Source: Clostridia bacterium
GTDB taxonomy: Bacteria > Bacillota > Clostridia > TANB77 > CAG-508
Assembly (NCBI GenBank): GCA_047017005.1
Contig: JBKXSZ010000005.1
Location: forward strand, 6,934 to 70,933
Length of the DNA: 64,000 bases
Direction: 5' to 3'
Of the stretch, positions 19,170-28,984 are shown in pieces. Numbering within the stretch: the first letter of the stretch is position 1; every line of letters begins with the position of its first letter. Both the position numbers and the translations under genes were made by a program. The notes beneath the pieces were generated by a model. The model did not search any database and was not told the origin of the DNA. It saw only the letters and a program-made list of their open reading frames with translations.

Positions 19170-20855
19170 ATGACAAAAACACAGACAAGAAAAATAAATA
19201 TACATAGTGAAAAAGGTTTTACAGGGGTAGATTTAACAATTGCAATTTTAATCCTCGTTTTGTTTGTGTCTATTATAACTACCATTTTTTATAACATCTA
19301 TATTAGTTCTACTTCTATAAAAAGAAGCACTATTGCAAATGGATATGCAATGGATATATTAGAAGCAATTGATAAAGAGAACTATGAGGCAATCTATACT
19401 AATAGCCCAGCTATTCAAAATATAATACAAAAGGAGAAAATAGCAAGGGGATATACGGTGACTGTAGCAGTAGAAAAATATAATGAAACAACAGGAAATA
19501 CAGATAAAGAAGACCTTGTAAAAACCGTGACGGTAACAGTAGAGTATAAAGTTGGAATTAAACCAGAAAAAGTAACAATGAGTAAGTTAAAAACAGCAGA
19601 AGTTCCTTATCGTGATAGTTTAGGAATAATGCCTAAATTAGTAGAAGGAATGCAACCGGTAAAATATGTTATAACAAATCAGCAAACAGGAGAAGGGTAT
19701 TGGCAAGCAACAACAAGTTCAGATCCGGAATGGTTTGACTATGAAAAGAAACAATGGGCAAATGTCATGTTACAAGATGGGTTAGAAATTGATACTACAA
19801 GTGGAAAAGTAACGAAAATGGGAAGCATGCTTGTATATATTCCAAGGTATGCCTATAAAATACCAAAGACTAACTATCATACCAATATGGCAGGAACAAT
19901 TGATATCAAATTCTTAAATACCAATAATACTTGTAAAGACGGTAGTAAAGAATTTATCGAAACAGAAGCAACATCGGGTGATGCGGGAGTAGAAATCAAT
20001 AGTAGTACTAATTATATGCAACATCCAGCCTTTACTTTCGGAGATACCCAATTAGAGGGAATTTGGGTAGGAAAATTTGAATCCAGTAGAGCAGATGCAG
20101 GAACCACAGCTAGTAATATGGGAACTAATACGCAAATTGCAATTAAACCAAATGTAACAAGTTGGAGAAATATTTCAGTAAACGATATTTTTAACAATTG
20201 CATCAATATGAAAGCAATTAGTGCCTATGGCATAACAACATCTATAGCAGATACTCATATGATGAAGAATATAGAATGGGGAGCAGTAGTATATTTAGCT
20301 CAGAGTAAATATGGTAAAAATGCAAAAATTATGCCTAATAATAGTATAGACTATATTACAGGAAATGCAGCAAATACGGCTAATGATATAGAAATATCAG
20401 GAGTAACGAATGCGTATCAAACAATAAAAGGACAACAAGCAAGTACAACAGGAAATATTTATGGGATTTATGATATGAGTGGAGGAGCCTTGGAATATGT
20501 AGCTGCCTATATAGAAGGATTACAAAGTGTACAAACAAATGCTAACAATTTATTACTTGCTGCTAGCAAATATAAAGATGTATATGCGCAGGGAGTACCT
20601 GAGAATAATCAGAATAACTATAACGCTAATAAAATGAAATATGGAGATGCTATCTGGGAAACCTCCAATGGTTATGCTAATAATAATGGCTCATGGAATA
20701 TGGAATATTCTAATTATCCTTTTACTAATTTTGGCGTTTTTGGAAGAGGGGGAAGATGTCAACTAAAAAGCAATTCAGGAATATTTTTCTTTAGCTATAA
20801 TTCAGGAATACCTGACTCTACTCAAGGATTTCGAGTTTGTTTAGTAGCAGAATAA
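19170..20855 (+). CDS. large pilin-like protein with a C-terminal FGE-sulfatase (SUMF1)-like domain
   Basis: Prepilin-like N-terminus ...HSEKG|FTGVDLTIAILILVLF. The C-terminal half has GIYDMSGGALEYV, GRGGRC and GFRVCL, resembling the DMSGNVWEW / RGGSW / GFR motifs of FGE-sulfatase domains. Confidence 0.65.
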   Translation: MTKTQTRKINIHSEKGFTGVDLTIAILILVLFVSIITTIFYNIYISSTSIKRSTIANGYAMDILEAIDKENYEAIYTNSPAIQNIIQKEKIARGYTVTVAVEKYNETTGNTDKEDLVKTVTVTVEYKVGIKPEKVTMSKLKTAEVPYRDSLGIMPKLVEGMQPVKYVITNQQTGEGYWQATTSSDPEWFDYEKKQWANVMLQDGLEIDTTSGKVTKMGSMLVYIPRYAYKIPKTNYHTNMAGTIDIKFLNTNNTCKDGSKEFIETEATSGDAGVEINSSTNYMQHPAFTFGDTQLEGIWVGKFESSRADAGTTASNMGTNTQIAIKPNVTSWRNISVNDIFNNCINMKAISAYGITTSIADTHMMKNIEWGAVVYLAQSKYGKNAKIMPNNSIDYITGNAANTANDIEISGVTNAYQTIKGQQASTTGNIYGIYDMSGGALEYVAAYIEGLQSVQTNANNLLLAASKYKDVYAQGVPENNQNNYNANKMKYGDAIWETSNGYANNNGSWNMEYSNYPFTNFGVFGRGGRCQLKSNSGIFFFSYNSGIPDSTQGFRVCLVAE

Positions 20856-20878
20856 AAAACAGAAATAAAGGAGAAAGT

Positions 20879-21307
20879 ATGAAACAAGAAAAAGGTGTCA
20901 CTTTAATATCAGTAACAATATATGTACTTGTTATGCTAGTAGTAGTATCTATTATTAGTGTTATTACTTCATTCTATTATTCCAACATAGTGTATGTAGG
21001 AGATAGTGGAAAAAATACAGCCGATTATACAAAATTCAATACGTATTTTTTACAAGAAACACAGAAAAAAGGAAATAAAGTACAAGAAATCGCAGAAGAT
21101 GGAAGTTATATCATTTTTTCAAGTGGCAATAAATATACCTATCAAGATAACTGTATTTATCAAAATCATATTCGAATTTGCGAAAATGTGACAAATGCAG
21201 CTTTCAAATTTGAACGATACTATGATAAGAATATAGTTTCTGTATTTCTAGTAATAGGGGATAATGCAGAATATAGTAAGACAACAGAATATGTATTAAA
21301 ACAATAA
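20879..21307 (+). CDS. minor pilin-like protein
   Basis: AAAGGAG RBS, then MKQEKG|VTLISVTIYVLVMLVVVSI..., 142 aa. Confidence 0.55.
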   Translation: MKQEKGVTLISVTIYVLVMLVVVSIISVITSFYYSNIVYVGDSGKNTADYTKFNTYFLQETQKKGNKVQEIAEDGSYIIFSSGNKYTYQDNCIYQNHIRICENVTNAAFKFERYYDKNIVSVFLVIGDNAEYSKTTEYVLKQ

Positions 21308-21399
21308 ATAGAAAAATTCGGTAATTGTAAAAAAATATATCAAACAATCGAAAAATAGGGTATAATAGAAATATAGTACAAAAGAAAGGAGCCAAAAAA

Positions 21400-23028
21400 A
21401 TGGATGTTAGAAAAAGACAACCAATTGGTATAGAGTTAGTAAGAAGAGGTTTAGTATCGGAAGCTGATATTGAAAAAGCATTAGACTATCAAAGGACACA
21501 TCCGAACAAAAAGTTAGGCGATATTTTAAATATATTGGATTTATGTGATTCCAATCAGTTAATAGAAGCAATGGGGGATATTTTAGGAGAAAAAACTATT
21601 CTATTAAGCCCTGGAGATGTTAATGTGAAATTAACAGATTATCTTTCATTAGATGTTGCCAAACAAAATAAAGTGGTTCCATTTGACATTGGAATGGGAA
21701 AAATAAAAGTATGTTTCGCAGATACTACCAATAAGAAATCAATGGATATTATAAGATTAATTATGCTAAATAAAGGGTTAGTAATGGACCGATATATTAC
21801 TTTTGAAAGCAATATCATGAATATATTAGAGGCTCTAGAAGGACGAGTTACAGATAATATTAAAACAACAGATGATATTACAGGCTTAATTGATACTATT
21901 ATAAAAACAGGAATTGATAAAAGGGCAAGTGATATTCATATTGAGCCACAAGAAGATGAAGTAAAGGTAAGATATAGAATCGATGGCGATTTATTTACTG
22001 CAGCCTCTATTGCAAAAGATAAACAATCTCAGATTATAGGAAGATTAAAAGCCATCTCTAATATGCATCAAGAAAAACAAGAACCACAAGATGGTAGAAT
22101 TTTGCTTTATCCTGACTATAATATTCGTGTATCTTCTCAGAAAAATGTATATGGAGAAAAATTCGTATTAAGACTATTGAAGAAAAATGCAAATATTCGA
22201 CAAATATTCGAATTAGGATTTCCAGAAGATGAAAAACTAGTAAAGAATTGTTTTAACAAAAGAAACAGTATTACCATTGTAGCAGCACCAACAGGAGAAG
22301 GAAAAACGACAACTTTGTATAGTATTGTAGACTATTTAAACAGACCAGAAATTAATATCACAACGATTGAAGACCCAGTAGAAATCAGAATACCAGGATT
22401 AAACCAAATTGAAATTGATGTAAAAACCAGTTTTTCTGATTCTCTAAGAACAGTATTAAGACAAGACCCAGATATTGTTCTAGTAGGAGAAATTCGTGAT
22501 AACGAAACAGCAGAAATAGCAATGCAAGCAGGACAAACGGGACATTACGTTTTATCTACAATACATACCATAGATAGTATCGAAGTAATTACTAGACTTC
22601 GTAAAATGGGTATTTCAAACTACGATATTGCAAGTACTTTAGCAACCGCAGTATCCCAAAGATTAGTTCGAAAGATTTGTCCAAAGTGTTGCAAAGAAAG
22701 AGAATTCACAGATAAAGAAAAAGAAATCATGACGAATGTGGCAAATAAATATGGAGTAACAATAGACTTTACTGGTAAAAAAGCAAAGCAAGCAGTAGGC
22801 TGCAGCCATTGTAATCATACAGGATATTATGACCGTATCGGTATTTTTGAAACCTTAATCTTAAATGACGAAATGAAACAATTAATTACAGATAATGCAT
22901 CTAGCTTAGACATTCGTAATAAAGCAGTTAAATATGGATATGTACCACTTGTTGTAGATGGCATTAAAAAAGTATTAGAGGGTGTTACAACCTTAGATGA
23001 AATTAATAAGAAATTGATTATATATTAA
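21400..23028 (+). CDS. pilB: type IV pilus assembly ATPase PilB (GspE family)
   Basis: T2SSE N-domain, Walker A APTGEGKTTT, Asp/His boxes and a tetracysteine motif (CPKCC...CSHCNHTGY). Confidence 0.9.
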   Translation: MDVRKRQPIGIELVRRGLVSEADIEKALDYQRTHPNKKLGDILNILDLCDSNQLIEAMGDILGEKTILLSPGDVNVKLTDYLSLDVAKQNKVVPFDIGMGKIKVCFADTTNKKSMDIIRLIMLNKGLVMDRYITFESNIMNILEALEGRVTDNIKTTDDITGLIDTIIKTGIDKRASDIHIEPQEDEVKVRYRIDGDLFTAASIAKDKQSQIIGRLKAISNMHQEKQEPQDGRILLYPDYNIRVSSQKNVYGEKFVLRLLKKNANIRQIFELGFPEDEKLVKNCFNKRNSITIVAAPTGEGKTTTLYSIVDYLNRPEINITTIEDPVEIRIPGLNQIEIDVKTSFSDSLRTVLRQDPDIVLVGEIRDNETAEIAMQAGQTGHYVLSTIHTIDSIEVITRLRKMGISNYDIASTLATAVSQRLVRKICPKCCKEREFTDKEKEIMTNVANKYGVTIDFTGKKAKQAVGCSHCNHTGYYDRIGIFETLILNDEMKQLITDNASSLDIRNKAVKYGYVPLVVDGIKKVLEGVTTLDEINKKLIIY

Positions 23029-23061
23029 AATTACAAAAGAAGAATAGGAGGAATTGTGCAT

Positions 23062-24180
23062 ATGTTAGAGATAGAAAAAGCTCTAGATCAAGCAATGGAA
23101 AGGGATGCATCGGATGTACATTTAATTAGTGGTAATAAACCAATGCTAAGAATCAGAAGAGATTTGCTACCAGTAGAAGGAAGCAAAGAAATAACAGATG
23201 AAGATATGTTAGATGCATATGACTACTTTGTAAGAGGAAACATTGATAAGGATGAAGTATATAGAAAGACAAGAAAACTAGATGCTTCTTTTGAATATAA
23301 AGATATTCGTCTAAGAGTTAATATTTCTACTTCCAATGAAATACCAGTTATTACATTAAGATTAATAAAAAACGAATTACCTAAATACGAGGATTTAGGA
23401 GTACCAGATATAGTAAGACGTATGACTTATCAACCACAAGGAGTTATGTTAGTAACCGGTAAAACAAACTCTGGTAAGACTACAACATTAAATGCTTTAA
23501 TAAATGAGATAAATGAAACACAAAACAAAAAAATATTAACATTAGAAAATCCAATTGAGTACAAACATCATTCTAAAAAATCCCTTATCGTACAAAAGGA
23601 AATAGGAAAGGGAAGAGATGCTTTAACTTTTAGTGATGGTGTAAAGAACTCTCTAAGAGAAGATTGTGATATTCTAGTTATAGGAGAAATTCGAGATAAA
23701 GAAACGATGGAAGCTGCTATTGAAATGGCAGAATCTGGACACTTGGTAATAGGAACTTTACATACTAAATCTTGTGCAGAAACAATTGATAGAATGATTA
23801 ATTTTTATGATATACAAGACCAACAAACTGTAAAATATTTAATATCTTCTTTATTAAAGCTTGTTATTTCCCAAAGACTTTTAAAAGGAGTAGATGGAAA
23901 TTTAGTGTTGGTACCAGAAGTAATGGTTGTTGATAATATAGTAGCAGGATGTATCCGAAAGGAAAAAATAAGTGTATCGGAAATCGAGGATGCCATTCAA
24001 TCTAACCTAGATAAAGGTAGTATTGGCCTTATTAATTCCATAGCAAAGCTATTTGTAGAAGATAAAATTACCTTAGAACAAGCAAGGGCACAAATAGAAG
24101 AAAAAAATCTAGAAACATTAAATAGAACCATTATGCAACTAAAGATAAGAAAACAACAAGATAATCAAAACAACATGTAG
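23062..24180 (+). CDS. pilT: twitching-motility (retraction) ATPase PilT
   Basis: DVHL...Walker A GKTNSGKTTT...LVIGEIRD...GHLVIGTLHT. ATG 23062 lies 10 nt after GGAGG. Confidence 0.9.
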   Translation: MLEIEKALDQAMERDASDVHLISGNKPMLRIRRDLLPVEGSKEITDEDMLDAYDYFVRGNIDKDEVYRKTRKLDASFEYKDIRLRVNISTSNEIPVITLRLIKNELPKYEDLGVPDIVRRMTYQPQGVMLVTGKTNSGKTTTLNALINEINETQNKKILTLENPIEYKHHSKKSLIVQKEIGKGRDALTFSDGVKNSLREDCDILVIGEIRDKETMEAAIEMAESGHLVIGTLHTKSCAETIDRMINFYDIQDQQTVKYLISSLLKLVISQRLLKGVDGNLVLVPEVMVVDNIVAGCIRKEKISVSEIEDAIQSNLDKGSIGLINSIAKLFVEDKITLEQARAQIEEKNLETLNRTIMQLKIRKQQDNQNNM

Positions 24181-24215
24181 GAAAGCAAAATATAAAAGGA
24201 GGATGCTAGTTAGTT

Positions 24216-25574
24216 ATGCCTGTATATATGTATAAAGCAGTAACACAATCTGGGCAAATTGTAAGAAATCGTGTAGAAGATGTAAGTAGACAAAATTTAA
24301 TAAAGAAGCTAAGAAATAATGGACTTTTACCAATTAGTGTTACCCAATCTGGATATAACCGAAGTAAGAAGAAAAACAAAAATGTAAAACGAAGAAATGT
24401 AAATGAAATTGAAGATGTTTTAAAAAATGCAAATACAGCTAATATAGGGAGAGTACGTACAAAGAGAAGTTTAAGTTTAATAGAAAGGATTAATTTAACT
24501 TTTGCAAGGCAAGAAAAAATAACATTAAGAGACGTTGTTATCTTTACACAAAATTTCTATCTATTAAAGAAAGCAAACTTTAATAATATTCATGCATTAA
24601 GTACGATTATAGAAAGTACAGAAAATCTATCTTTTAGAGGAATACTAGAAGATATCTTAGCAGGAGTAGAAGCCGGAGAAAACATGTATACAACAATGGA
24701 GTACTATTCTAATGTATTTCCATATATCTATGTAAACATGATAAAAGTAGGAGAATTATCTGGTTCTCTTACGAACTCGTTAAAACAAGCAGTAAAATAT
24801 CTAGATGATACAACTAGAATCAATAGAAAATTAAGAAGTATTATTATTCCAAACTTAGTGCAATTTATTATGCTTCTAGTCCTACTTATAGTTGGTTCTA
24901 TTGTAGCAATTCCAGCTATTCAGAATGTATTTACATCAATGGGGTCTACAGAACAATTACCTGCAATTAGTTTATGGTTTTCTAATGTAATAAACAATTT
25001 AGTAAAATATTGGTATGTACCGGTTATTATCATTGCAATAATAGCGATCGCTATTATTTTATATATTCGAACACCAAAGGGAAAATATAATTACCACTAT
25101 TTTAAATATACAATGCCGATATTTGGAAAATTAATTTATGCAATTGATTTCTCAAGATTAATGAGAGCAATGCTTTTAAACTTACAAAATGGAATGAGAA
25201 TACAAGATGCATTAGAAGTTAGTAAGAATGTATGTCAGAACTATGTTATGCTATCTATTGTAGAAACTTCCATTAATAATATTTTAATTGGACAATCTTG
25301 GATAGAGCCATTTGAAAAGGCAAACTTATCTTCTTCTATGGAAGTTGAAATGTTAAAGATAGGAATGCAAACAGACCTTTCAGAAATGATGGAAAAATTA
25401 TTAGAATACATGGACATTGATATTAACAATAAAATGGATAAAATCATGAAAGTTCTTCCAGAGCTTGTATATGCTATCGTTGGAGTTGTACTGATTTTCT
25501 TCGTAATTGTTGTGTTAGTGCCTTGTATCCAAGTATATATGGGAACATTCCTATTCTCAGCAGCAGGAGTATAA
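24216..25574 (+). CDS. pilC: type IV pilus platform protein PilC (GspF family)
   Basis: 452 aa with two GspF-like repeats and three TM regions. Confidence 0.85.
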   Translation: MPVYMYKAVTQSGQIVRNRVEDVSRQNLIKKLRNNGLLPISVTQSGYNRSKKKNKNVKRRNVNEIEDVLKNANTANIGRVRTKRSLSLIERINLTFARQEKITLRDVVIFTQNFYLLKKANFNNIHALSTIIESTENLSFRGILEDILAGVEAGENMYTTMEYYSNVFPYIYVNMIKVGELSGSLTNSLKQAVKYLDDTTRINRKLRSIIIPNLVQFIMLLVLLIVGSIVAIPAIQNVFTSMGSTEQLPAISLWFSNVINNLVKYWYVPVIIIAIIAIAIILYIRTPKGKYNYHYFKYTMPIFGKLIYAIDFSRLMRAMLLNLQNGMRIQDALEVSKNVCQNYVMLSIVETSINNILIGQSWIEPFEKANLSSSMEVEMLKIGMQTDLSEMMEKLLEYMDIDINNKMDKIMKVLPELVYAIVGVVLIFFVIVVLVPCIQVYMGTFLFSAAGV

Positions 25575-25717
25575 GGAAAAGAACAATAGAAAAAGAGAAT
25601 TAAAAATGGCAGAATAAAAATAGACTAAAATGAGAAAGAAAAACAAAAGTTAGTTGCTAAAAACTAACTTTTTGTTGTATAGTAAGGATAAGAAAAGAGT
25701 TATTAAAGGAGTAAAAA

Positions 25718-26626
25718 ATGAGAATTGGAATTGATTTAGGAGGAAGCCATATTGCTTGTGGAGTTGTAAAAGAAGATGGACAAATTATTCAAAAGGAAGA
25801 AATAGATTTACAAGAAAAAGAAAATTTATCAGAAAAGATAGTAGAGTTTATAGAAGAATTAATAGAAAATATTCTAAAAAAACAACAGCTTACTATCTCA
25901 AACATTGACTCCATTGGTATTGCTACACCAGGTACGGCAAGTAATGGATATATTATACATGCAGTTAACCTAGGTATTGAAAAATTTCATATTGCTGAAA
26001 TATTGCAACAAAAATATCCAGCAAAAGTATATGTAAAAAACGATGCTAAATGTGCAGCAATTGCAGAGTATCATTATGGATGTATGAAAGAATATTCTGA
26101 TTGCGTATTTTTAACTTTAGGAACTGGCATAGGAGGAGCTGCTTTCATTAATAATAAATTGATAGAACCAAAGAAAAACCCTGGATTTGAATTTGGTCAT
26201 ATGATTATAGAAAAAAACGGTAAAATATGTCATTGTGGAAAAAGAGGATGTTTTGAAACATATGCATCGATGAAAGTATTAAAAGAGAATTTAAGAGAGA
26301 TATTAAAATTAGGAAATCAAGTAGATGGAATAAAACTATTAGAAATTGTAAAAGCAAAGAAAGGAGAAGAGAATGTACAAGAGATAATAAAAGAATACAT
26401 AGAAAATTTAAGTATAGGGATTAGTAATTTAATTAATATATTTGAACCAGAAGTAGTAGCAATAGGAGGTAGTTTTACATATTATCAAGATATACTTTTA
26501 AAACCATTACAAGAAAGATTAGAAAAAAAAGACTTGCTATTTAACCGAAAATATACACCAGAAATAAAATTAGCTATGCTGAAAAACGATGCAGGAATTT
26601 TAGGTGCTAGTATGCTTAGAAAATAA
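25718..26626 (+). CDS. glcK: ROK family glucokinase
   Basis: MRIGIDLGGSHIACGVV, LGTGIGGA and the zinc motif CHCGKRGCFE. Confidence 0.85.
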   Translation: MRIGIDLGGSHIACGVVKEDGQIIQKEEIDLQEKENLSEKIVEFIEELIENILKKQQLTISNIDSIGIATPGTASNGYIIHAVNLGIEKFHIAEILQQKYPAKVYVKNDAKCAAIAEYHYGCMKEYSDCVFLTLGTGIGGAAFINNKLIEPKKNPGFEFGHMIIEKNGKICHCGKRGCFETYASMKVLKENLREILKLGNQVDGIKLLEIVKAKKGEENVQEIIKEYIENLSIGISNLINIFEPEVVAIGGSFTYYQDILLKPLQERLEKKDLLFNRKYTPEIKLAMLKNDAGILGASMLRK

Positions 26627-26774
26627 GGAAAGAAATGAATATAAAAAGATAAAGAACATAAAGTTATAAAACCTTGTATTAATTGTACCAATTAGTTCTT
26701 TTTTATTAGAAGAAATATAACAAAATAGATAAAATTAATATAAGTATATAGAGAAGCATAATAAAGAAAAAAAA

Positions 26775-28507
26775 TGTTAGTATAAACTTTTAGTAGGGAA
26801 AATTTGATAAAAAAATTGAATAAGAGATACCAATTTGATAGAATATTTTTATCGCAAAAATATTTTAAAAGGAGGTATCTCTTATGTATCAAATTATACA
26901 AAAGATTTATGAAAAAAACAATAAAATTTTAAAAGAAGGTGTAAAAAAAGTTTTAAATGGAGAAGATGTAAGTTCCTTAACTAGTGCAATCAAAGACTTT
27001 ACCGATATTTTGGGAAAAGAACTTTTTTCAGAAATTGTAACACAAATAGAAAATTTAGTATTTGAAGATTCTAAGAGACAAAGTGAATATGAAGCAGTAA
27101 GATTTGCAGAAAAAAGTTTAATAACGAAAAATGGAAAAGCAAAGTTTGAAAGAAGATATTACAAAGATAATGAAACAGGAGAAAATGTATGTTTAACAGA
27201 TAAGATATTAGGTATAGATAAGGGAGAAAGAATAGATAAAAAGGTAAAAGCAGAATTAATTCACAAAGCAAGTGAACAATCATATAGTAAAGCCGGAAAA
27301 TTAGTTGTACCAGAAATGGAAATAAGTGCAACGACAGTGATGAAAAATGTAAGAAAAAATGAATGGAAAATGGAAATAGAAGAACGAAAAGAAGAAGATA
27401 AAATAAGGTCAAAAAATATATACATACAAGTTGACGAAGATCATGTTAAAGAAAGAAATAAAAAGGGTTGTACAATATCAAAAATAATAACAATATATAC
27501 ACGAAAAAGGACATTAACGAAACCAGAAAGAATACCAGAAGTAAAACAAGTAAGAAAAGAATTAGTAGATAAATTCACGTTTTCAGGGCTATACAAAGAT
27601 ACCCAAGAAATGTGGGAAGATGTAGCGTACTACATAGAATGTACATATAAAAAAGAAGAAATAGAGACAGTATTTGTTATGGGAGATGGAGCATCATATA
27701 TAAAATCAGGAACAGAATGGATAGGAAAATCAGTATTTGTGCTAGATACGTTTCATTTAGAAAAATATATAAACCATTTAAATTACGATGAATATTTAAA
27801 AACAAAATTAAAAGAAGCAATAGACCAATATGACCCGATAAGTACAGAAAATATAATGAATGAAGCAATAAAAAAAGTAGAACAAGAGATAAAAGAAGAT
27901 GAAGGATTAGGAAGAGATACAAAAAGATTAGAAAATAGACTAAAGAAAGTAAAAGAGACAAAAACATATCTAATGAATCAATGGGACGGAATAGAGGCAC
28001 ATGATAGATACAAAGATAAATTAACAGGATGTTGCCAAGAAGGGCAAGTACATCATACATTATCAGAAAGATTAAGTACAGATGCAAAGGTATGGAGTGA
28101 AAATGGAATAGATGAAATGAGCCAATTAAGAGCATTTACACAAAATAAAGGAGATATCTACCAAAAAGTAATAGATATATCACAAGCAGAAAAAAGAGAA
28201 AAGAAAATAGAAAAATTAGAAAAAAGGATAAGGAAAAAAGCAAATAAAAAAATATTTGGAACAACAGGAGCAAAAATACCAATAGGTATGGCTAGAGATG
28301 AACTGTATTATGAATTAAAAAACATTTGGTATGGAAAAGCAGTATAAGAATTTGTGATATTTTAAAAAAGACCTAAAAATAGGTTTATTAAATGAACCTA
28401 AAAATAAAGATAAAAATATAAAATTAAATAGGAATCTCGAAAATCAAGAAACATAGTTAGTTCAAGATTTTAATGAAGATAAATCCTACTAAAAATTTAT
28501 GCTATCG
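26775..28507 (+). mobile_element. ISLre2-family insertion sequence, apparently intact
   Basis: Imperfect terminal inverted repeats tgttagtataaacttttagtagg (26775-26797) and cctactaaaaatttatgctatcg (28485-28507), about 19 of 23 positions matching. Flanked on both sides by A8 (26767-26774 and 28508-28515), consistent with an 8-bp target duplication. Contains a single transposase ORF. Confidence 0.7.
26884..28347 (+). CDS. ISLre2/UPF0236-family transposase
   Basis: 487 aa. Has motifs IQVDEDHV and FVMGDGASYIKSG...LDTFHLEKYI, typical of this DDE family as I recall it. Confidence 0.75.
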   Translation: MYQIIQKIYEKNNKILKEGVKKVLNGEDVSSLTSAIKDFTDILGKELFSEIVTQIENLVFEDSKRQSEYEAVRFAEKSLITKNGKAKFERRYYKDNETGENVCLTDKILGIDKGERIDKKVKAELIHKASEQSYSKAGKLVVPEMEISATTVMKNVRKNEWKMEIEERKEEDKIRSKNIYIQVDEDHVKERNKKGCTISKIITIYTRKRTLTKPERIPEVKQVRKELVDKFTFSGLYKDTQEMWEDVAYYIECTYKKEEIETVFVMGDGASYIKSGTEWIGKSVFVLDTFHLEKYINHLNYDEYLKTKLKEAIDQYDPISTENIMNEAIKKVEQEIKEDEGLGRDTKRLENRLKKVKETKTYLMNQWDGIEAHDRYKDKLTGCCQEGQVHHTLSERLSTDAKVWSENGIDEMSQLRAFTQNKGDIYQKVIDISQAEKREKKIEKLEKRIRKKANKKIFGTTGAKIPIGMARDELYYELKNIWYGKAV

Positions 28508-28523
28508 AAAAAAAATAGAAAAT

Positions 28524-28552
28524 TTGACAAATGCATGAAAACATAGTATAAT
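28524..28552 (+). promoter_or_regulatory. consensus sigma-A promoter upstream of rnj
   Basis: TTGACA (28524-28529), 17-nt spacer, TATAAT (28547-28552). Confidence 0.65.
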
Positions 28553-28904
28553 AACAAACAGATATTACCAATGATTGGTAAAAGATGAGATTTTATTTTT
28601 ATGAAACATAGAAAAAGAGAAACGGTAAATAATAATAAAATAATTGACTTTTCAAGTAAGAAAATAAAAAGTAAATGGTAAAAAATGAGAGAGAACATCA
28701 AGCATACAAAATGTGAGATATAGAGTTAGGAACGGAAATTTTAAAAATCTATATCCTTTTGTATGAATATAAAGAATAAAAATAGTAGGAGGGCCTACTA
28801 CAGATTAGGGTGTGTAAAAAATAAGATAAACCATAGAAAAAGCAAGCAAAGGAAAAAGAATGGATAAATTTTTTAATATTTTTTTATTTCAAAAGAAAAG
28901 TTTC

Positions 28905-28938
28905 AATTAGTTTAAAATTATTTAAACTAATTTTTTTC
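28905..28938 (+). terminator. intrinsic terminator-like hairpin inside the rnj leader
   Basis: 12-bp perfect stem aattagtttaaa / tttaaactaatt, 4-nt loop, then TTTTTC. Lies 47 nt upstream of the rnj ATG. Confidence 0.6.
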
Positions 28939-28984
28939 ATGGAATTTAATAAAGATAAGAGAAAAAAAGGGAGGAAAAAGGAAA

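Noticed and set aside
27071-28135. Minus-strand ORFs 27071..27412 and 27677..28135. The same applies to the plus-strand ORFs 35419..35853, 35658..35861 and 36223..36444.
   Set aside because: All lie antisense within the two transposase genes and translate to Leu/Phe/Ile-rich strings. Stop codons are rare in the antisense frame of A-rich coding DNA.
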